Of a stretch of DNA of 64,000 nucleotides, positions 60,807 to 64,000 are shown piece by piece (positions within the stretch are counted from its first letter, which is position 1; each line of letters starts with the position of its first letter). A program made the translations under genes and the position numbers. This stretch comes from Candidatus Poribacteria bacterium. Lineage in GTDB: Bacteria > Poribacteria > WGA-4E > WGA-3G. The DNA is taken from the NCBI GenBank assembly GCA_965242965.1, contig OZ251518.1:2720001-2784000 (forward strand), read 5' to 3'. The notes beneath the pieces were generated by a model. That model had not been told where the DNA came from. It saw only the letters and a list, made by a program, of their open reading frames with translations, and did not search any database.

Positions 60807-61561
60807 AAACCCTAATGCTTTTGGCGATTTTCTCACTTTTTTGGATTTCTGCCTCGTTCCCAGATGAAATTTATGATGCCGAAACGCCGCGGCCCACAGC
60901 GGAAAACCACAGCTATGACTTCACCTTTGTCCGTCTCAAATATGATGGCGGTTTTTGGCGGCGCAGTGGTTGGCGGGTGGATTGGCCCGCGTCCGACAGG
61001 AATTTTATCTGGCAACTCCGAAAACAGACGCACATCAATGCCAACCCGCGCGAAAAGATTCTTGAGGTAGGTTCGGAGGCACTGTTCCTCTATCCGTTCG
61101 CGTATATGTTGGAAGTGGGAAGTCTTCGGTTGAGCGATGCGGATGCAGCCAACCTACGAGAATATCTCCTACGCGGCGGCTTCCTCTTCATTGACGATTT
61201 TCACGGCACAAACGAGTGGAAAACTTTTTACCAGCAACTGAAGAAAATCTTCCCGAAGCGCGAACCGGAAGACATCCCCATCTCGCATCCGCTTTTCCGA
61301 TGCTTCTTTCGCATTGACGCACTGATGCAGATTCCCTCGCCGAACGCGCTCCGCAGAGGCAGAACACACGAAAGCAATGGATACAACGTTCGTTGCCGCG
61401 GTGTTTTTGACGACAAGAACCGGCTCATGATGATGATTAACTTCAACACAGACATCGGGGACGCGTGGGAACATGCGGCGGAACCCTCCTATCCGCGCAA
61501 ATATTCGGATATGGCGTTGAAAATGGGGATTAACGCCGTTGTCTATTCGCTCACGCATTAG
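60803..61561 (+). CDS. DUF4159 family protein (paralog of 57267)
   Basis: ATGA overlap, signal peptide and the same motifs as 57267. Confidence 0.85.
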   Translation: MKTLMLLAIFSLFWISASFPDEIYDAETPRPTAENHSYDFTFVRLKYDGGFWRRSGWRVDWPASDRNFIWQLRKQTHINANPREKILEVGSEALFLYPFAYMLEVGSLRLSDADAANLREYLLRGGFLFIDDFHGTNEWKTFYQQLKKIFPKREPEDIPISHPLFRCFFRIDALMQIPSPNALRRGRTHESNGYNVRCRGVFDDKNRLMMMINFNTDIGDAWEHAAEPSYPRKYSDMALKMGINAVVYSLTH

Positions 61562-61613
61562 CACTTTGCGAAATCCTTAAACCTTTTGTGTCAAACGCAG
61601 GTCTAAATAAAAT

Positions 61614-61886
61614 GAGGGGGTTTCATAAATCGCTCAACGTCGCGGGGGACAGGCCCCCGCGCTACAGTAACGGGAGGGTTTCTGAGTCGAAAAACGGCCC
61701 CCTTCCGCGTAGGGCGAGGGCCTGTCCCTCGCTATGCGTTTTGCTGCCAGACCGCATCACCCCTGTAGGTCAGGATCGCCTGATCCTGACCTGTTCGGGA
61801 TCAGGCGATCCCGAACTACAGCAGTGGGCCCGATGCCTTTCGGCATTCGCCCGCCCCCAAGGGGGATAGATTTATGAAACACCTTC
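61614..61886. mobile_element. MITE-like element, inverted relative to 5730-5998
   Basis: GAGGGGGTTTCATA ... TATGAAACACCTTC. Flanks only loosely similar. Confidence 0.75.
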
Positions 61887-61922
61887 ACATAAATCCTAAC
61901 ACTTAAAACGGAGGAAAGAACA

Positions 61923-62690
61923 ATGCTTACTCGCAAACAGAAGTTAGATTTTTATGAAAACGGCTATATCACCATCCCCGGCGTTGTGCCCAAGTTAATG
62001 GTGGATGCCGCCCGGCAAGCGATTAACCACTCTATCGGGGCTGTCGGGATGGACCAGGGAGATCTGGAACGCTTCCGCGCGCAGTCATATTGCAGCGAGA
62101 TTCGGAACGCGCCACAGCTCGTCGCTCTCTACGCGAAAACGCCTGTCCGTGAAATCGCAGAATCGTTGATGGGCGAAGGGAACGTCAACGTCCCCGGTTC
62201 GGCGCAGATTGCGCTGCGGTTTCCGGGGCCATTGCACACCGATCCGAATGAACCGCGCGGCCATCTTGATGGATTAGGCAGCGGCACGAACGGCATGGAG
62301 AAAGGGGTTTATCGGCGCGGGTTTACTGCACTCGCTGTCGTCTATCTAGCAGATGTGCCTGAGCCGTATAGCGGCAACTTCACCGTGTGGCCGAAATCGC
62401 ACAGCTTCTTCGCCGATTATTTCAAGAAGGAGGGACATGAACTGTTAGCGAACGGAATGCCGCGGACTGAACTTCCGGAAGGACCCAAGCAGATAGTTGG
62501 CAAGGCAGGCGATGTCGTGTTGACGCACCATCAGATAGTCCACACGGCGGCACCGAATGCAGCGGCGGACATCCGATACGCGGCCATCTTCCGACTCCGT
62601 CACGTCGACTGCGAGAAAAACGGCTACGATGGCTATACTGACATCTGGCGCGAATGGCCGGGGATTCAAGAAGTGGTAGCGAGTGCATAG
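61923..62690 (+). CDS. PhyH family dioxygenase
   Basis: Motifs 'FYENGY', 'HLDG', 'GNFTVWP.SH' and 'GDVVL.H....H.AAPN....IR'. Confidence 0.85.
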   Translation: MLTRKQKLDFYENGYITIPGVVPKLMVDAARQAINHSIGAVGMDQGDLERFRAQSYCSEIRNAPQLVALYAKTPVREIAESLMGEGNVNVPGSAQIALRFPGPLHTDPNEPRGHLDGLGSGTNGMEKGVYRRGFTALAVVYLADVPEPYSGNFTVWPKSHSFFADYFKKEGHELLANGMPRTELPEGPKQIVGKAGDVVLTHHQIVHTAAPNAAADIRYAAIFRLRHVDCEKNGYDGYTDIWREWPGIQEVVASA

Positions 62691-62696
62691 CAGACG

Positions 62697-62875
62697 GTAG
62701 GCGCGCTTTCAAAGCGCGCCTACAAACAAAACACATCAAGACCAGGAGGTCTCTCCTACCCGAAGAATCAAGACTGGTAGGCGGGACATCCTTGTCCCGA
62801 TACGAAACACCAACAAAACACATCGAGACCAGGAGGTCTCTCCTACCGGGAAGACATTGATATATGAAACCCCTC
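62697..62875. repeat. REP cluster ending in a lone TIR
   Basis: GTAGGCGCGCTTTCAAAGCGCGCCTAC, GAGACCAGGAGGTCTCTCCTAC and TATGAAACCCCTC. Confidence 0.8.
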
Positions 62876-64000
62876 ACTTCACCACCAACATCTTCCGCGT
62901 CGCTGTGAAATTGCCTGCAGTGAACGTGTAGAAATACACCCCACTTGCCACAGCCTCTCCCGCAGCGTTTCTGCCATCCCAATACGCCGCACGGCCGCGG
63001 ATATGATAGATGCCCGCCGGCTGATAGCCGAAATCTAACCTCCGAACCAACTGCCCATCGGCCGCATAGATAGAGACGCTGACTTCAGCAGGCACGGACA
63101 ATTGATACGGTATCCACGTCTCCGGGTTAAACGGATTCGGATAATTCGGCAAAAGTGCTGTATCCTTCGGCGTTAACACCGCCAAAAGGTAGTGGAGGAA
63201 GAGGACACCGCGCTGATATTTCGCATCGGTGCCGTTCGGTTGCATCGCCTGCGCCTGCGCAAGCCACTGTTGCACCATGGCCGCGGTCGGCGCGTGAGAC
63301 AGCTGCACCTCCACAGCCGGTGCCCCTGCTGCGCCACCCGCTAGCGCGCCAGCCACCAAAACCAGATCCGCGATGTTGACAAAGCCATCACCGTTGAGAT
63401 CTGCAGGATTCCCTGCATCCCGTTCCCCAAAACGGGCGGCGATAAACGTCAAATCCAGAATGTTCACGAGGCCATCGCCGTTGGCATCTTGCGAACCGAC
63501 AACGATGTTCAACTCCGGCGGCATCACATGGAGTGTATCACCAAAACGCGTCCCTGCCTGAAAGTTCTCCAGCGTCACCCGGCTGTTCCCTTTCCCGATG
63601 ACAGTGAAATTCACCGAGAGCAAGGTGCCGTGTGGAAACCCCTTGTCTCTGGAGAGTTGGACAGACTTTAACCCGATAATCTTACCGGTGCGATTCTCGA
63701 TGGTGCCCTCGTCAAAGAAGGTCGCGCCATCGTTCTGCTTCAGAAAATCGCCTTCGCTGACCTGGGTGGCTTCTAACACAGCGGGATTGAACGTCAAATC
63801 CGCTTGCCACCCCTTCAAATCGGTGACGTTTGCTGTATTCAACGAGAGCGTGAACGTATCTCCCACCTCAAACTCCGTTGCATCGGTGGAAAAGGAGAAG
63901 TTGAGACTCGGACGGAACAGGGTGTATATCGCGTCAGGGGCAAACCCAAAGAAGCCGCTAAACCCACCATGCCCACGGTTGTCAACGGCGACTAGCAAGG
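62874..64000 (-). CDS. Cohesin-like + dockerin-like + T9SS-CTD/FlgD-Ig-like protein; 5' end outside the window
   Basis: 'VGDTFT....NVTDL.GWQ..L.FNP.VL', 'DANGDGLVNILDL' and 'NYPNPFNPETWIPYQL'. Confidence 0.88.
   Translation of the reverse strand, partial: LLVAVDNRGHGGFSGFFGFAPDAIYTLFRPSLNFSFSTDATEFEVGDTFTLSLNTANVTDLKGWQADLTFNPAVLEATQVSEGDFLKQNDGATFFDEGTIENRTGKIIGLKSVQLSRDKGFPHGTLLSVNFTVIGKGNSRVTLENFQAGTRFGDTLHVMPPELNIVVGSQDANGDGLVNILDLTFIAARFGERDAGNPADLNGDGFVNIADLVLVAGALAGGAAGAPAVEVQLSHAPTAAMVQQWLAQAQAMQPNGTDAKYQRGVLFLHYLLAVLTPKDTALLPNYPNPFNPETWIPYQLSVPAEVSVSIYAADGQLVRRLDFGYQPAGIYHIRGRAAYWDGRNAAGEAVASGVYFYTFTAGNFTATRKMLVVK

Noticed and set aside
1-64000. rRNA, tRNA, transposase, integrase or reverse-transcriptase genes
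   Set aside because: None recognised by eye. A short tRNA or ncRNA could have been missed without tRNAscan or Infernal.

Overview
Bacterial chromosomal window that strongly resembles Candidatus Poribacteria. This is an inference from four PhyH-family dioxygenases, WD40 proteins, the 'NYPNPFNPETWIPYQL' C-terminal domains and a DUF6785-like membrane protein. It holds about 38 protein genes: a double-length uvrA (5' end outside the window), dnaN, nadC, glgB, a solA-like oxidase, sugar enzymes, secreted adhesin-like proteins, several defence-like genes, and an Omp85 x2 / PA14 / DUF4159 x2 cluster split by an ABC-ATPase + TOPRIM-like pair. No rRNA, tRNA, CRISPR array or transposase was seen. The most interesting signals are non-coding or semi-coding. 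(1) Two ~550-nt leaders (14.4-15.0 kb, + strand; 49.45-50.1 kb, - strand) sit before unrelated genes yet appear homologous: tandem sigma70 promoters, an RBS-led uORF, a C8 tract, a shared hairpin and same-frame peptide motifs. (2) A MITE-like family with 14-bp TIRs (GAGGGTGTTTCATA) and 8-9 bp target duplications carries variable cargoes of GTAG-type REP palindromes. (3) Decayed REP palindromes sit in frame inside uvrA, a DnaJ-domain gene, solA and glgB. All calls were made by eye; no database search was run.
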